Shown here: positions 24,761 to 39,966 of the stretch, in pieces
Layout of the letters: every line of letters starts with the position of its first letter
Position numbering within the stretch: position 1 is the stretch's first letter
Origin: Octopus vulgaris
Taxonomy: Eukaryota
Assembly: GCA_951406725.2 (NCBI GenBank)
Contig: OX597818.1
Coordinates: 61,690,001-61,754,000, forward strand
DNA length: 64,000 bases
Reading direction: 5' to 3'
Translations under genes and position numbers: made by a program
The notes under the pieces: model-generated
What the model saw: only the letters and a program-made list of their open reading frames with translations
Database searches by the model: none
Told to the model about the DNA's origin: nothing

Positions 24761-26221
24761 TTCAACATGCTTTCTCACAGTTTCTGCCAGCCAAATCTAC
24801 TCACAAGGTTTTCGCCAGCCTGGAGCAGCGGCAGAAGGCACATGCCAAAAATATAGTGCTGTGTTGTGGGACTGAACCTGAAGCCAAACAGTTGGAAAGC
24901 AAATGTCTTAACCGCATGGCCATGTCTGAGCCCATAAACCTAATTTTTTTTTTTATTGGACAATGATTATGGCAAAAAGACAATGAAGTCAAAAAGCTAC
25001 ACAATGGACCACACCACAAGGAGTTCAAACTGTAGGTCTGTGCTGGGTTAGGAATGACCCAGGGCTAAATAACGATTGTTGAGTCTTCTAGAAAATGCTA
25101 TCATCTCATACCAACAGTGGGCATTAATTATTCTAGATCTGATTAGGAAATATCTTTTGGATCAATAACAAACCAAATTCAATAGAAAAATCATCTAATT
25201 ATTATTATAAGCATTGTTGCATGACAACAGACTGTGTTTGTGTGAATCATAATGGGTGCAGACGGAATGTCTACAGAGAAATGCCGACAAGACAAAATGC
25301 TGACAGTTAAACGCTGACAGTCACATTATGAGCATTCAGTATGCCAACAGATCTTTTTTCTTTCTTTTTTTTTTTTCCTGTTGTATTTTGCAAAGCTAAA
25401 ATAATTCACTTCAAAACCGAAGCAGTTTATTAAAAAAAAGAGGTTGTTAAAAATTTTGTAGTTGGTGAAAAAAATTAAATATTTTTTTGTTGTTCTTAAA
25501 CTGAAGCAATTTATTAAAAAGAAGATTGCCAAAAATAATTTGTTTTAAAATTAAAGCAATTTATTAAAATGAAACTTAATTGTGAGCCACTGACCTTAAG
25601 CAAAAGACTGGGCCTGTTGAATAAGCTGCAAGAATTTTATTTTAATGTAATCATTAACCTTAGCATATTTATTTATTCATGTCACATTAGCTCTGCAAGA
25701 TATTTTCTTCAAGAATTAATTCAGTGTTAGCTTGTTTGAGCTAAATTTTCAAGACAAATTTACAGGCATGATCAGGTGTGTTATCAATGTGCTTCTGTTC
25801 AAAACTTGGTGCCTTCCTTTCTAAAATTTTACACTTTTGCATAGATCTGATTCTGTCAAGCACTAATGAACAAGCTAAGCAACGGTGAGCCATGGTCTCC
25901 CAAAACATTTGAAACCATTCATATAACATTATATGTGATTCTTCATTTAAGGTGCCCTCAAATTCATTATATAAATTGCAAACGTCTTGAAGGGGAAACA
26001 AATACTAAATTTCCCAGTTACTTGATGAAGTGTTTTCTAGATTGAATAAAATACAATGTTAATAACAAATTAATTGAAGTAAAAGCAGCAATCAAGGAAA
26101 ATGACCCTTTCTATCAACATCCAACCATGACACTCAACTGTTTCTTTCATTTTTCTCTTTCCACATTGTTGTGTTCTAAGACATGGGACAGCGAGCGAAT
26201 AACTTACTGTACAGATAAATA

Positions 26222-26282
<61 letters not shown>

Positions 26283-26789
26283 GTGTGTGCGTGCATGTAC
26301 ACACACACAGTTAGGTGCGTATATTAGGGTTGTCTTCAGCTCACTTTTTGACATTGAAGTTCTGATGACAAAATGGCAGATCAGGAGAGGCTTTTTCAAT
26401 GTGACCTGGTCCTCATAACGGAATCTGTTCAACTTTGAACCCTTGACCATACTTTTAGATTTGGAACCATTTCAACATTTTAAAGCTGATCACTAGTTAG
26501 TAACCAAAAACATCTTGGAAACCACTTTGCTTTATAGACAGAAAGTTGGTAGCAATTTGCTAATGTTAGCTTGAAGCTAGAAACAGATATTGTATACAGA
26601 AATATTTAACAGTATGAACACCAATGAATAATTAAAATGGTTCAAATGGTTCACTGGATCATTTCCAAGTAGCAACAACCAAGAGGTATTTCTCCATGCT
26701 GCACCAAGCATCTGTTTCTGATTATCTTTTGTAGGGCCTCAGTTCCATTTGTGTCGCTGAGTGGTTTTTGTCCTCCTCTATTGGTATCT

Positions 26790-27180
26790 TTCCTTTTACT
26801 TGTTTCAATCATTAGACTGTGGCCATGCTGGAGCACTGCTTTTAGCTGAACAAATCGAGTCCAGGACTTATTCTTTGTAAGCCTAGTACTAATTCTATCA
26901 GTTCCTATTGCCAAACTGTTAAGTTACGGGGGACGTAAACACACCAACATCGGTTGTCAAGCAATTGTTGGGGAACAAAGCACAGACACACATACATACA
27001 TACATTTGTATACATTTGCTACATACACACACACATATATATATATATAAACGACAGTCTTCTTTAAGATTCCGTCTACCAAATCCACTCACAAGGCTTT
27101 GGTCAACCCAAGGCTATAGTAGAAGACACTTGCCCAACGTGCCTCACAGTGGGACTGAACCCGGAACCAAGCTTCTTACC
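26790..27180 (-). mobile_element. SINE family A
   Basis: Homology to the other copies. Confidence 0.8.
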
Positions 27181-27269
27181 AGACAGAAGTTTCCAAAATA
27201 CAACATCCAGTATGGCTGGTAGCTCAGCAAAGTAGCAGGGTAAGCTTTATTTATAGGCCACTGCTATCT

Positions 27270-27500
27270 TTAACTCTTTTGATATCAACCCGGCTGAAAC
27301 CGGTTCTGGCTCTGTAGTACAAATGTCTTGTTTTCAAAAGTTCTGAATTCAAATCTTCCATCAAACCTTATTCACAATTTATGTTCCTAACACTAGCTTA
27401 ATGATAACCAAAGTTATTTTACTAAATTCTTTGTTATATCTAAAATTAATTGAAAGAAACACAGAACATCTCAACAGAAATATGGTAACAAAAGGGTTAA
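27270..27500. mobile_element. piggyBac-like MITE
   Basis: Terminal inverted repeats ttaactcttttgata and taacaaaagggttaa, with TTAA at both ends. Confidence 0.65.
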
Positions 27501-27728
27501 ACATACGAGATGAAGCAAAAGTCTCAAAGTATAAGAATGCAGTTGGTGTTACAGCTGAAACTACCAGATTATACCCACAGATCACAAAAACCAGTCAGAC
27601 TTGGGGATTTTTGTCCACTCTGTATTTGCTCCCAATAAAGGCTCACATCATACCATGAATGCTGCAGTAAGGCATACACAGCTGTTACCACACTCAACAT
27701 TTCATCTGCTGTTTCCCTACTACTTAAA

Positions 27729-27898
27729 TTAGTTAGTTAGTTAGTTAGTTAGTTAATTTGGCTCAAAAGCAAATAGCAAGGCCATGTAGGGGGACATGGA
27801 GTTAAGTACAGGGTGGTGTTCATGTAAAGAGTTCAGGCCACTTGAGGTCCAGGGAGGCTTTGAACAAAGCGGTCGTCGGCATCTTCACCATCTCGTCA
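27729..27898 (-). mobile_element. CR1-clade LINE 3' end (same family as 49610-49992)
   Basis: Reverse complement matches ~49830-49992, including the (TTAG)n tail. Confidence 0.85.
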
Positions 27899-28004
27899 TA
27901 ATCATCATCTAATGTTCATCTTCTATGCTGGCATGGCTGGATGGTTTAACAGGAGCTGGCAAGCCAGAGCACTGCACCATGCTCCACTGTCTATTTTTGC
28001 TTGG

Positions 28005-28141
28005 TTTTAATGCCAGATGTCCTTTTAATGCCAGATGTCTTTTGAATGCCAGATGTCCTCTTAGATGTCTTTTTAATGCCAGATGTCCTTTTAATGCCAG
28101 ATGTCCTTTTAACGTCAAGTGTCCTTTTAATGCCAGATGTC
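28005..28141. repeat. 18-bp minisatellite (ttttaatgccagatgtcc)
   Basis: About 7-8 units inside a family C remnant. Confidence 0.9.
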
Positions 28142-31100
28142 AACAATCATTTTACAGAGTATAGTGGGGGCTTCTTACGTGGCATAAGCACCAGCAAAAA
28201 ATACTCAAAATTTCGAATAAATTCTAATTCCTCATCCATTTTGTTTATGCATGGCACCAGTTTTACATACTGTTGCCATACCAACGAAAACGTTGAACAA
28301 AAGAAAGACCTGCATAACTGTTAAGTACAGACATTTTTAGCTAAATTTACTCAAGGATTTTCCTTTTTTTAACAAGTACTTGTATCATCTCTGATTGATT
28401 GCTAAAAATCAGTGAAAGTGTGCCACCATCACAGAAGGTTTTAACTCACTTATCTTTATTTATTCAGCACGAAACCATTACTGAAAACATAATGAAATTT
28501 CTGTTTTATGATATGCCATAAGTTTATGAGGTTATTCTTTATTTTATTCTATTTTAATTAAAGGAATTCTATAACAATGAATCATTAATAAGCGTTAAAT
28601 GGTGTTTAACTGTATTTATGAGAGGAAAACTTATTTTACAAATTACAAAATACAGCATTATCTAATTACTTAACAAGATTTCCTCAGAATTTCAAGTCAG
28701 AACATTACTCAAATAAAGCAATTGCCAGCGAACTATTGTACTTACTGTTTACGGATGTTATTTGTTATTTTTTTTCCTTCCATTGTAAAGGAAAGACAAA
28801 CAGCTTCATGCCAAAACCAATCCCTTTCTGATCATATCAGGATGTGCTTAATATTAGCATTAGGATGAATTATAATTGGACATTGATGTGTAATGTTGAA
28901 ATGCATTTGTAAATACACAAATGAGCTACGATCATCAGATAGAAGAAGAAAAATGATAGAAAAAAAAAACTACAATATGCGTGTAAAAAGAAAACAAAAA
29001 AGAAACATTAGAATATAAAAGCAAAATAAAAATCAGAACCCTTGCTATTAAATGTTGACATCAGATGAACTACAACCAATAAATACAATAAAGAATAGAA
29101 AATATATAAATGAGCCAACAAGATGGATAAACATTTGCTATTAGAGAGAGCAAGAGAACTGCAACAACAAGAAGTGAAGTAATGAATAAATAGAAAAGAA
29201 ATAGTATCAGACACGGTTTATAACAACAGATGTATTTTTAGGACTAAGCTCTTGTTATCACTGATAATTACAAACTGATACACTAATGAAATTAATGACA
29301 AATGAGGTTTTATTTTTGCAGTGAGTTTAAAGCAAAAGTGAGGGAGAGAAAAGATTTTAAAAAAACCCGTGATTTTGAAAGTAACTACTTATGACATACC
29401 CCACCATCCCTCTATATATTGTTTTTTTCTAGTTTATTTTGGACTGGTTTGTAGTGGAGATAAACCTACTAACATTAGAGGAGAGAGTGCATTAGAGCTC
29501 CAAGATTATATCTCTTGGTGTAGAGATTGATAGGGGAAAGAAGGGAAAAAAAAAAGTCCCCATTTGTCATTTAAACCTGGTGGCTATAATCATACACAGA
29601 ACAATCTCCTCTCCAGATATTAAAATTCTTAGAATGATTGTATTTAAGACACTTTTAACTGTAGTTATTGAGCGAGCAATAATTACTTTAGATCTGAGCC
29701 TGATATATAGGCTAAAGGGCCAGGAAGTAAAATACATCCTATTGAACAGAATGTCGAAAGATTTACTCGCTAAGCTCCGTGAAGTGACACCCTGCAGATA
29801 AATATTTACTGTTACAATGAGATATTTCATAATATGAAGGTTATTTACCATGTTATTAAAATTAGAAACTGGGGAAGAAATGCTTCTTCAGCAATTTTTC
29901 TCAAAGGAAATTTAACCTTTGTCTTGTGAAATAATACAGTGTTTGCTATATTACATTCTTTCGAAATGCTTTCGCATTAAGTAAGGAAATAAGAGAGTTT
30001 TGGACTGCTGGGTAAGCAGTGGTCATATATTCTTTGAGAAGAGCATTACTTCTTCTTTATTATTTCCTCCTTTAGGCCTACAGTTACGACAGGAAAAAAT
30101 GTTTGACACTAATTTTATTCCTGTTATTGTTCTTTTGTGTCTTTTTCTTTCTGTTTTTTTTCTTTCTTGAGCTCACTTTTGGAGAGAAAGAGAAAGTGAG
30201 AAGAGTGTATGTGTATGTGTGTGTGTGTGTGTGTGGAATGGTAATGTGCACGTGCCTGTGTGCTTGTGAGTCAATGTATGTGTTTGTTGGTAAAGACAAT
30301 GTAATTGGGTGTTACAAATGGTGTTGATGTGACAACAGTGTATTCTAATCAATGAAGCGCTGTGCTGATACACCACATCATCAACATAATCATCATTTGA
30401 GATCTGTTTACGATGCTGCTCATGAACAGAATGGTTTGAGAGGATTCAGGGAATTAAGGAACTAAGTCTTACTCAAATGTTTCATTCTTGGCATGGTTTC
30501 TACAGATGAAGGCCCTTCCTAGCACTAACCACTTTGCAGAGTGTATTTGGTGCACTTTTTTGTGGCAACAGCATAACAGAGGTTTCCTTGCCATCAGCAA
30601 GACTAAAGAAACCCCTCAAACTGCATTGTTACTGTTTGCTAATCACTTACAGATAACAGGGGCTTTTTATGGCAACAGTATTGTTGGTGTTGCCTTACAC
30701 TTGTCATGTAAATGAAAGACTCCTTGATGGATGAAACAAATTTGTTGTTTAATTTGTTGTTTTTGAGAGAATGGTAATGTGGGAGGTTACAGAGGGAAAA
30801 GAGTTGGGGTGAGAGTAAGGGAAACAAGAGAGCAGGGAAAAAGGTAGGTTAGTGTGAAGGAGGGGACAAAGGGGTTAATAATTGAGAAGGTGGTTGCAAT
30901 TAGGGAGTTGGCCAGTTTCTTGTCATACTAATATGGGTTGGATAGATTACCAGGGTCCAAGACAATTCTTTTCGTTGATACACAGATTTCTTCATGTGGG
31001 CACAAAGCAGCAGTCAATTAAGTTGTCCCTTGGGACTTTATTTTATTGACCCCGAAATGGACGAAAAGTGAAACTGACCACAACAGGATTTGAACTCAGA

Positions 31101-32172
31101 ACATAGAGAGCAGCTACAAATACCAGAAGGCATTTTGTCCGAGACTAACAATGGTGATGTGTGAACACATACGTCGGAAGCTAAGTGTAATCTAATGGAT
31201 ATGCAATGGAAATTTGGTTGAATGTCACTCACTATTGAATGGATTGGCTGGTACTAAAATATAATTATGTTACTATGGACATAATGAACATAGATTATGT
31301 GTGATCGGTCGAAATTTGTTTTAAGCGAGTGATTTATAACCGTTAAGAGAAGAGTTGGCCTTAGCTGGCACGGAGCAAGGTATTTAACTCCCATTTGAGA
31401 AAGTTAAGTCATATGGACACACTGACAAAAAGATGAATTAGCTGCAGACGAGAGAAATACTTCTCTACACCTGACTAATACAGGTTAATACAGCCAACGG
31501 GAAGGTTAAGAGGAAATGATGGTGATGATGATGATGATGATTGATTTTTTGGGCTTGTAGTTATTAAAAAAAAATAAAATAATAATAATAATAATGATAG
31601 TACCTCGGGTTGAATATCAATCTTATACTTTGAAATAAGTGTTTTCTATGTTGGCATGTCTAACATAAGTCTGTAAAACAACTGGTCTCTCAAACTTGCT
31701 GTCTTTGCAGTCATTAATCTTAATTTTCATAGCTCACTGAAGAAAGATCACATTTTACGCTTTCTTTATTTTATTTTTCCAATGGCTATCAGCATATATA
31801 TATATATATATATAAACAAATATATATTTATATATATATATATAGCAACAAATATATATTTATAAATAAAAAATTTGAGTGATTATCTCACTATGGATGT
31901 TCTAATGAATAAGAAGAGAAACAAAGAATGCTTTTTCCTTCTTTCAAGGCAGTCAAAACAACTCTTTTACTTGTTTCAGTCATTTGACTGCGGCCATGCT
32001 GGAGCACCGCCTTTAGTCGAGCAAATCGACACCACTACTTTCTGGCATTTCTGGTGCCTCTGTTAACCTAAACCAATTTCCAGGAGGAACTTCAGATTCC
32101 CATGGCTGCTAGCCTGGTTCACTGCATGCCCATAGGTGGCATTGTGTAAAATGTGATCACATGTATTATTTA

Positions 32173-32505
32173 TCATCATCATCATTGTTTAACGTCTGCT
32201 TTCCATGCTAGCATGGGTTGGACGATTTGACTGTGGACTGGCAAACCAGATGGCTTCACCAGGCTCCAATCTTGATCTGGCAGAGCTTCTACAGCTGGAT
32301 ATCCTTCCTAACGCCAACCACTCTGAGAGTGTAGTGGGTGCTTTTATGTGCCACTGGCACGAGGGCCAGTCAGGCGGTACTGGCAATGACCTCACTCGAT
32401 TTTTTTAACACATGCCACCGGCACAAGTGCCAGTAAAGCGATGCTGGTAACGATCACGCTCGAATGGTGCCTTGTATGTGCCACCGGCACAGAAGCCAGT
32501 TAGCT
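32173..32505 (-). mobile_element. Repeat family C
   Basis: Homology to 33618-33905. Confidence 0.75.
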
Positions 32506-33617
32506 GTACTTATCTGTGATGGGATCAATGTCCTAAGAGATCCCCTATTTATTTAGCATAACGGTACCCTTAGCTTTGATTACAACAGGCAGAGCAGCAA
32601 GAGCATCAGACACAAATGGTAAAGACCAATCCATATTGATCCAAGATAAAATAGAACTGTTGGAATAAATGGACTTCAGTATTTTTGTATTCTAATTGTA
32701 TAATTAGCAATTAGCTTATAATTAGTAGGTTATAGGTGGTTAATGAATTATTATTTCATGACAGTAGATGGTCTGGGTAAACAGTGAATCTGTCAAGGCT
32801 TTGGAGCCAAAGGATATGAGACAAACTGGTAGTTACCTGTGGGTCTTTTCCTTTTGGACAGTTAGTTGTCATTTGAGGAACATTTGGCTGTTATTGCTGC
32901 TAAATAGGTTAAGAAACCACTTTAGAGAGTTCCAGTGAACTTTACAGATGTCAGCAATGGTAGTGACTCACCATTGCTAAAGCTAACAGTCAACTAAATT
33001 AACGCTGTCATTCCATTTGTTTCTTTTCTAATTTTACTTTTTGTTTTCTTCTGACTTTAGGGTTGACAACTTCTTCTTTTTTAATGAATCACATGAGAAT
33101 ATTTTAAAATAACAAATAATTCATTTGTGATCTTGTTGGGTTGATCAAATTAACATCTTTTATGCACAGTTATATCATTGAGCTCCTTTGGGAAAAGAAC
33201 CACTTCAACATAGAATTTCTAGTTCTTCAACGAAATTATGTCAACCAATAATGAAGAAAATTACCAGAAAAACTAAAATGAATAAATAATTCAATAAAAC
33301 AAAACATTTGTAAATGTCAAAAATACTGAGAAAAATTTTCTTTTGTTATTCTTTTTCTTTTAAAGATGAGAGAGAACACATCTAATACTTTAAGCTTAAT
33401 GAGAGAGAACACACCTAATACTTTAAGCTTAAACTTAAGTACTCTTCATCATTGTCATTTTGATGTCCACCTTTCTAGGTTTGCATGGATTAAAAGGGAT
33501 TTGTTGAGGTGGATTTTTTTATCACTGGAAGCCCATCTTGTTCTCTGTTTCCAAACATGGTAATTTTTCCACTTGGGTAGAGACACTATGCATTGATGCC
33601 AGTATGATGGTGGTGTT

Positions 33618-33905
33618 CATCATCATCATCATCATCATCATCGTTTAACGTCCGTTTTCCATGCTAGCATGGGTTGGACGGTTCAACTGGGGTCTGGGAA
33701 GCCCGAACGCTGCACCAGGCTCCAGTCAGATCTGGCAGTGTTTCTACAACTGGATGCCCTTCCTAACGCCAACCACTCCGTGAGTGTAGTGGGTGCTTTT
33801 TATGTGCCACCGACACAGGTGCCAGACGAGGCCGGCAAACGGCCACGCTCGGATGGTGCTTTTTACGTGCCACCGGCACGGAGGCCAGGCGAGGCTGGGG
33901 CCAGG
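33618..33905 (-). mobile_element. Repeat family C (RTE-type (TGA)n tail, ggaagggcatccagctgtagaa block, internal sub-repeats)
   Basis: catcatcgtttaacgtccg...gcccttcctaacgccaaccactc...ggtgcttttacgtgccaccggcac; about 8 copies in the window. Confidence 0.75.
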
Positions 33906-34009
33906 CGAGGTGTTTACAATAATCACTCATTTTGAGACAAGAGGACAAAAACACTCACACAATATTATATTTATATATATTCACAATATCATATTCATAT
34001 AATAAGACA

Positions 34010-34200
34010 GCAAGCTGGTAAAAACGTTAGCATGCCGGGAGAAATGCTTAGCGATATTTTGTCTGTCTTTACATTCTGAGTTCAAATTCCGCTGAGGTCC
34101 ACTTTGGATTTCATCCTTCCAGGGTTGATAAATTAAGTACCAGTTGCATACTGGGGTCGATCTAATCGACTGGCCTCCTCCCCCAAAACTCCCCAAGCCT
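34010..34200 (+). mobile_element. SINE family B
   Basis: Homology to the other copies. Confidence 0.75.
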
Positions 34201-34883
34201 GTTATGGAAGACACTGGCCCAAAGGGCTGTGGAGTGGGACTGAACCTTTAAACTGAGGTCGGGAAGCACACTTCTTAAACACACAACCACACATGCATCT
34301 TTGTAATTTACATGAAAATAAAAAAAAACCAGTGTAAAGCCAAGAAAGATAAGAAATATTAGGATAAAAATACGAAACCTATTTTCTACAAAAGAATCAC
34401 TTGACTTTTGATTCCGTAGCTAACAACAACTATCAATGCATGTTCTAATAAAAATGTTGCTTTGCCAGGAAAATATCTTTTTTCTCTTCTTTCTGACGAA
34501 ACAATGAATTGTTTGTGATGGAAATATGCTGTCTATATACAAACATTGTCCATGTCTTTATATTTCCTTCAACGTTCGTGTTTCAGTTATGACTAACAGA
34601 ACTAACACCATGCAACCATTCTTACATTCCTGTTTTTCACGTTGTATGCATCATCATCTGTTTGGGATCCGGAGATAATAATATAAAGCAACAATAAAAA
34701 CCAATGAACAGAATTCTTAGATTGGGTGGAGGTGTTGAGGAAGATCTACTTTTGTTTTGTTTTTTTTTCTGCTGGAAGATAAATGGCCAAAGAAGAAGAA
34801 GAAAAAAATTATTCTTATGCAATTTTAAAGTTTAAAGGGCATGTGTGTGTTCTCTAGCATGTAGGTTGCAGGTTTGTGCCTAA

Positions 34884-35071
34884 CATCATCATCATCATCA
34901 TCATTGTTTAACATCCGCTTTCCATGCTGGCATGGGTTGGACGATTTGACTGAGGTCTGGCGAACCAGATGGCTGCACCAGGCTCCAATCTCATCTGGCA
35001 GAATTTCTACAGCTGGATGCCCTTCCTAACACCAAGGATGCCCTTCCTAACACCAAGGATACCCTTCCTAA
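34884..35071 (-). mobile_element. Repeat family C fragment ending in a 21-bp triplication
   Basis: Homology; ggatgcccttcctaacaccaa repeated about 3 times. Confidence 0.7.
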
Positions 35072-35476
35072 TGAGCTGAAATTTTGAAATAGGTATGGGT
35101 GGGGCCATGTGGTTCAAAAATTTGCCTCCTAACCACATGGTTTCATGTACAGTTCCACTGCATGGCATTTAGTGATACTGAAACAATATTAGGTGGGAAA
35201 TCATTTTTTTTTTTTTTGGTTCTTTAACCCAGGGAACCTGGAGTGAGGGTACCTAGGACACCAGGTATCTGGGTTTCAAAGGGTTACTGACACAAAAATT
35301 TCTATCTATTCATTGAAATTCATTCAAAGAACAATTTAGCACAGAAGTGAAGGGTTAAACAGTAAGTGTTTATTTTTGATTTTATGGTACTTCTCGATTA
35401 TAGTAAAGTCCTCTTGAGTAGATTTACTATTTTCACAATAAATATTATATTCTTACAATATTTTACTACTTTTATT

Positions 35477-35885
35477 AAGGTGGCGAGCTGACAGAAACGC
35501 TAGCATGCTGGGTGAAATGCTTAGCGGTATTTCATCTGTCTTTATGTGCCGAGTTTAATTCTGCTGAAGCCAACTTTGCCTTTCATTCTTTCAGGGTCAA
35601 TAAACTAAGTACCAGTTGCATTCTGGGGTTGATCTAATCAACTGGCCCCCTACCCCAAAATTTCGGGCCTTGTGCCTAGAGTAGAAAAGAATATTTCTGC
35701 AGCTATAAGGCGATGAGCTGGCAGAAACGTTAGCATGCCAGGAGAAATGCTTTGCGGTATTTCACCCCTCTTTGTGTGCTGAGTTTAATTCTGCCGAGGT
35801 TGACTTTGCCTTTCATTCTTTCAGGTTCAATAAAGTAAGTACCAGTTGCGTATTGGGGCTGTGTGCTTAGAATAGAAAAGAATAT
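35477..35885 (+). mobile_element. SINE family B tandem dimer
   Basis: Heads at 35477 and 35707. Confidence 0.75.
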
Positions 35886-36569
35886 TTTACTACTCTTGCA
35901 TTTGATGTAATTGGTAGTAAATTGCCAGAATCACGAGAGCCTGAAAATAATGACCCTTTTATTCTCTTTATGTTTGGAGTTAAAAACTTGCCACGGTCAT
36001 CTTGGAGTCAATAAAACAGAGTACCAACCAAGTACTGGAGAACAATCCATTCTCCTTCCATCCATCAAATCTTGATTGTTCCATTGGCTTCAAGTTTAAA
36101 AGGGTTGAAAGGGTGTGTGTGTCCTCTCATGACTATGTGAACATTGCAGCATGGTTCCTACAAATAATGCCAAATCACATTCAACAGAAAGTGTCAACCA
36201 TATTTTATCCTTCATTTTTGATGTTTAACCAGCCAAGAAGTATAACAAATGAAGATGAATTTGGTTGTACTTAAAGCTTCCAGCCAGAACCAAAATATGA
36301 TTTGTGATGAGAAAAAGCAAGTCAGTCTTCTGTTTTCTTAGACAAGCAGAACCTCATTAAAAATACAACATTTCAATGACTCGCCTCATTATAACTCTTC
36401 CCTTAAGAATAACATTCATCATAAATCATTCATGGTGTCAACAGCTCATAATCCACTCAAACTTGAAGATGAATTCAATAAGGTAGCTTAGGGAAGTGCA
36501 ATTCTCTGGAAATATTAAAATACGAATAGTTAATGTCTCTATTCTAATAAGGTAAAAAATATATGGCAT

Positions 36570-37380
36570 CATTGTGCGGTTAGGAAGCTTTCCTCCCAAT
36601 CACATGGTTTTGGGTTCAGTTCCAATCTGTGACAATTTGGGCAAGTATCTTCTTTTACAGACTTGGGCCGAACAAAATTTTGTCAATGGATTTGGCAGAT
36701 GAAAGCATAAAGAAGCCCATGGTTTTTGGGTTCAGTTCCAATGTGTGACAATTTGGGCAAGTATCTTCTTTTACAGTCTTGGACCAAACAAGACTTTGTC
36801 AATGGATTTGGCAGATGGAAACATAAAGAAACCCATTGTGTATATATATATATTATGGACTCTTTTGTCGTTAGATGACGTATGAGGGCTCGACAATTTC
36901 TTGGTGAACCACCACTCAGATGATTTGTTTATAGGGATCAAATGTTTGTGTAGACATAAGCTCAGTCCCTCCTTCTGATCGACATTACCTGTACAGGTGC
37001 AACTGGGTGCCACATGTCAGATGTCGAAATGATCGCAGGGCAACGTGAAATGAAGTGCTTTGCTCAGGAACACAACACAACACCCAGTCTGAGAATCGAA
37101 CCCATGATCTGGTAATCGTGAGTGCAACACCTTAACCCCTTTGCCATATATATTTGTGTGTGTGTCTGACCCCTAACACTGCTTGACAACTGGTGTTGAT
37201 GTGTTTGGGTCCCTATAACTTAACAGTTCATTAAATGACACCGATAAAACAAGTTCCAAACCTAGAGCAAAAAGACAAAAAAAGTACTGGGATTGATTCA
37301 TTTGATTAAGATTCTATACAGTGGTGCCCCAGCATGGCCACAGTCTAATGACTGAAACAAGTAAGAAATAAAAGATAAAA
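36570..37380 (+). mobile_element. SINE family A with an internal ~114-bp tandem duplication and a nested - strand tRNA-SINE (~36860-37147)
   Basis: The block catggttttt...gaagccc occurs twice (36603, 36718). The nested element has its own A/B boxes on the - strand. Confidence 0.7.
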
Positions 37381-38393
37381 TAAAAGAGATGCAAAAAAAG
37401 ATAAGTGGTCTCAGTCACCATGGAAACTGGGTGACTGGCCTTGAATCCTAGGGTGAAAGAAAAGGAGAAACATGAAGGAAATACGATATCTCCTGGTATG
37501 AGATCTATTTTTAAAATGGGATGGTTCCTAATTTAAAGAATTATAAAGAATATAGTCTCTTAGTGGTGCTAATACACATAAAAATATAAAAGTTTTCTGT
37601 GTAAACTTCATCTTGAGGGCATCTAAAATATTTAGTATTTAAGCAGATAATTATGAGAGATGAAATTGTACAATCTGAAATGAACCTGAACTAAAAATTA
37701 TTTCAGTATTAACCCATAATTAACTGTAACTACAATTCATTTTAATTAGTGCTTGTACAAATTATATCTGTTATAAATTAGACAAAACATTTCTAGTTTT
37801 TGGCAAGCAATGACATTTTTGACAAATATTTAAGAAAAAAATGTAATTTGCATTGCTCAAACTGTCATTATCTTAATGTATATTTTAATATTTTAAGTCC
37901 ATCATATAGGATAATGTTGTTGAGAAAACTTTAAAATGAGTTGTAATGATAAGCTAATGGTGCAAGTATTAATGCAAGATGCTGCAAGCAAAGATGCACA
38001 CGCTTCTGTAAAATAAGTAAACAAATCTGAGAAAATATGAATATTCTGTTTGGCTATGGTCTTGACCCTTCTTAAATCTAACTACATTAAAAACAGTGGA
38101 ATATGATTAGAAATTCATAATCTCTACCTCTCCACCAATTTCTAATTGGAAGACAAGAAAGCTTTATTATTTCGAGCAAGAAAATTTAAATTAAAAATCT
38201 GCAATGAAAAAGTCATTATTCATGTGTGTATATATACATATATAAAATATATACATGCATATAACCATAAGACCACAATTATTTCAAGCATTTTTAAGAT
38301 TATCATAAACAAAATACGTATTTAAGACTTAGTACCCCTCTCCTCCCACCTACAATAAATTAATAGAATATATATATGTGTATGTATATATAT

Positions 38394-38432
<39 letters not shown>

Positions 38433-38638
38433 AATCATTATCACAGCCATTATAATTATCCTGAAGATATAGCGGGAACTATTCAGATGATTAAAATTAA
38501 TTAAACCTATTTCGTGACATGATGTGTATGTGTATGTGTATTTTGTAAATGTATGCATACATATATATGCATATAGTTTCATATAGAAGAGTGGATTTAC
38601 TTATACATACACACATATTATATGTGTATATGTGTGTG

Positions 38639-38686
<48 letters not shown>

Positions 38687-38841
38687 AACCATATGTATAC
38701 ATATAAACCATAAAACCACAATTATTTCAAGCATTTTCAGATTAATATAAGCAAAATACGCAATTTGAGATTTAATTCTCCCTCTACGCCTACTTGCAAT
38801 AAATTAATAGAATGCCAATAATAATAATAATAATAATAATA

Positions 38842-38878
<37 letters not shown>

Positions 38879-38910
38879 TAGTATTAATAATTATCATTAT
38901 TATTGTTACG

Positions 38911-38948
<38 letters not shown>

Positions 38949-39713
38949 CATAATCATAATTATACTGAATTTGTACTGGGAAATACTCAGGTGATTAAAA
39001 TTGATTAAAATCCACTTCATGACATGTGTGTGTGTGTATGTGTGTATATATATATAAGTTTTGGTTTGTGCATAAGTAAGTGTGTGTATATATTGGTTTG
39101 TGCATGTGTAAGTGTGTATATAAGTATGAGTATGCCCATAACTAACTGCATAATTACATGTATATGGTAGTGTGTACGTGTATAAATGTATGGGTATTGT
39201 ATTTATAAGTGTTTATGGGTGCACACACATGCGTGTTATCTATTTACACATGCACACACACACACACACACACATTCAAACAATCTGATTTTTTTTTTAA
39301 ATATGAAATAGTGAATTAAATTCAAATTATGACTACAAAAAGTTTTTTATAATATAAATATAAATATATATACATACACACACACACAAACACACACATA
39401 TGAACTAAAGCAAGGAAATATTTTCTTTTTCTTTTTTTCTTTAAATAAATAATGAGTAGATAGATAAATGAACGAATGCCTGAATGGTGGCTGTAGTCAG
39501 AGAAGTATTCACAATGAAAACTAAAACTGTAACAATTTTCCGCAATTAAATGTCTCGGTTCCAATAGGTTATTCACGATTACATCGCAAACAATATTTTT
39601 ATATCTTTTCCATGATGATGCTTCGTTTTATAAAAGCTATATTGCCTTATAAAAAAAGTTAACAATAATTACTTCCACTTTATAATGCACAATGCTACTA
39701 CGGTTATTATTAC

Positions 39714-39747
<34 letters not shown>

Positions 39748-39931
39748 GTTATTAGTAATAATAATATGAAGATGCTATTACACAATTGCATGATAACCAT
39801 AGCAACATCTTTCAAGAAAGCTGATTGAAGCATGCACAGGAAAAATGCATGCCTCTTCAGATAAAAATAATCATTTCTTTATAGATAATAATAATAACAA
39901 TAATAATAACGATAAAAATAATGATGATGAT

Positions 39932-39966
<35 letters not shown>

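Noticed and set aside
25741-26001. 86-aa - strand ORF in unique sequence
   Set aside because: No family motif; the length is compatible with chance.
29688-29792. Possible - strand exon (ctgcag acceptor, gtaatt donor, one open frame)
   Set aside because: No recognisable protein similarity and no partner exons; needs RNA-seq.
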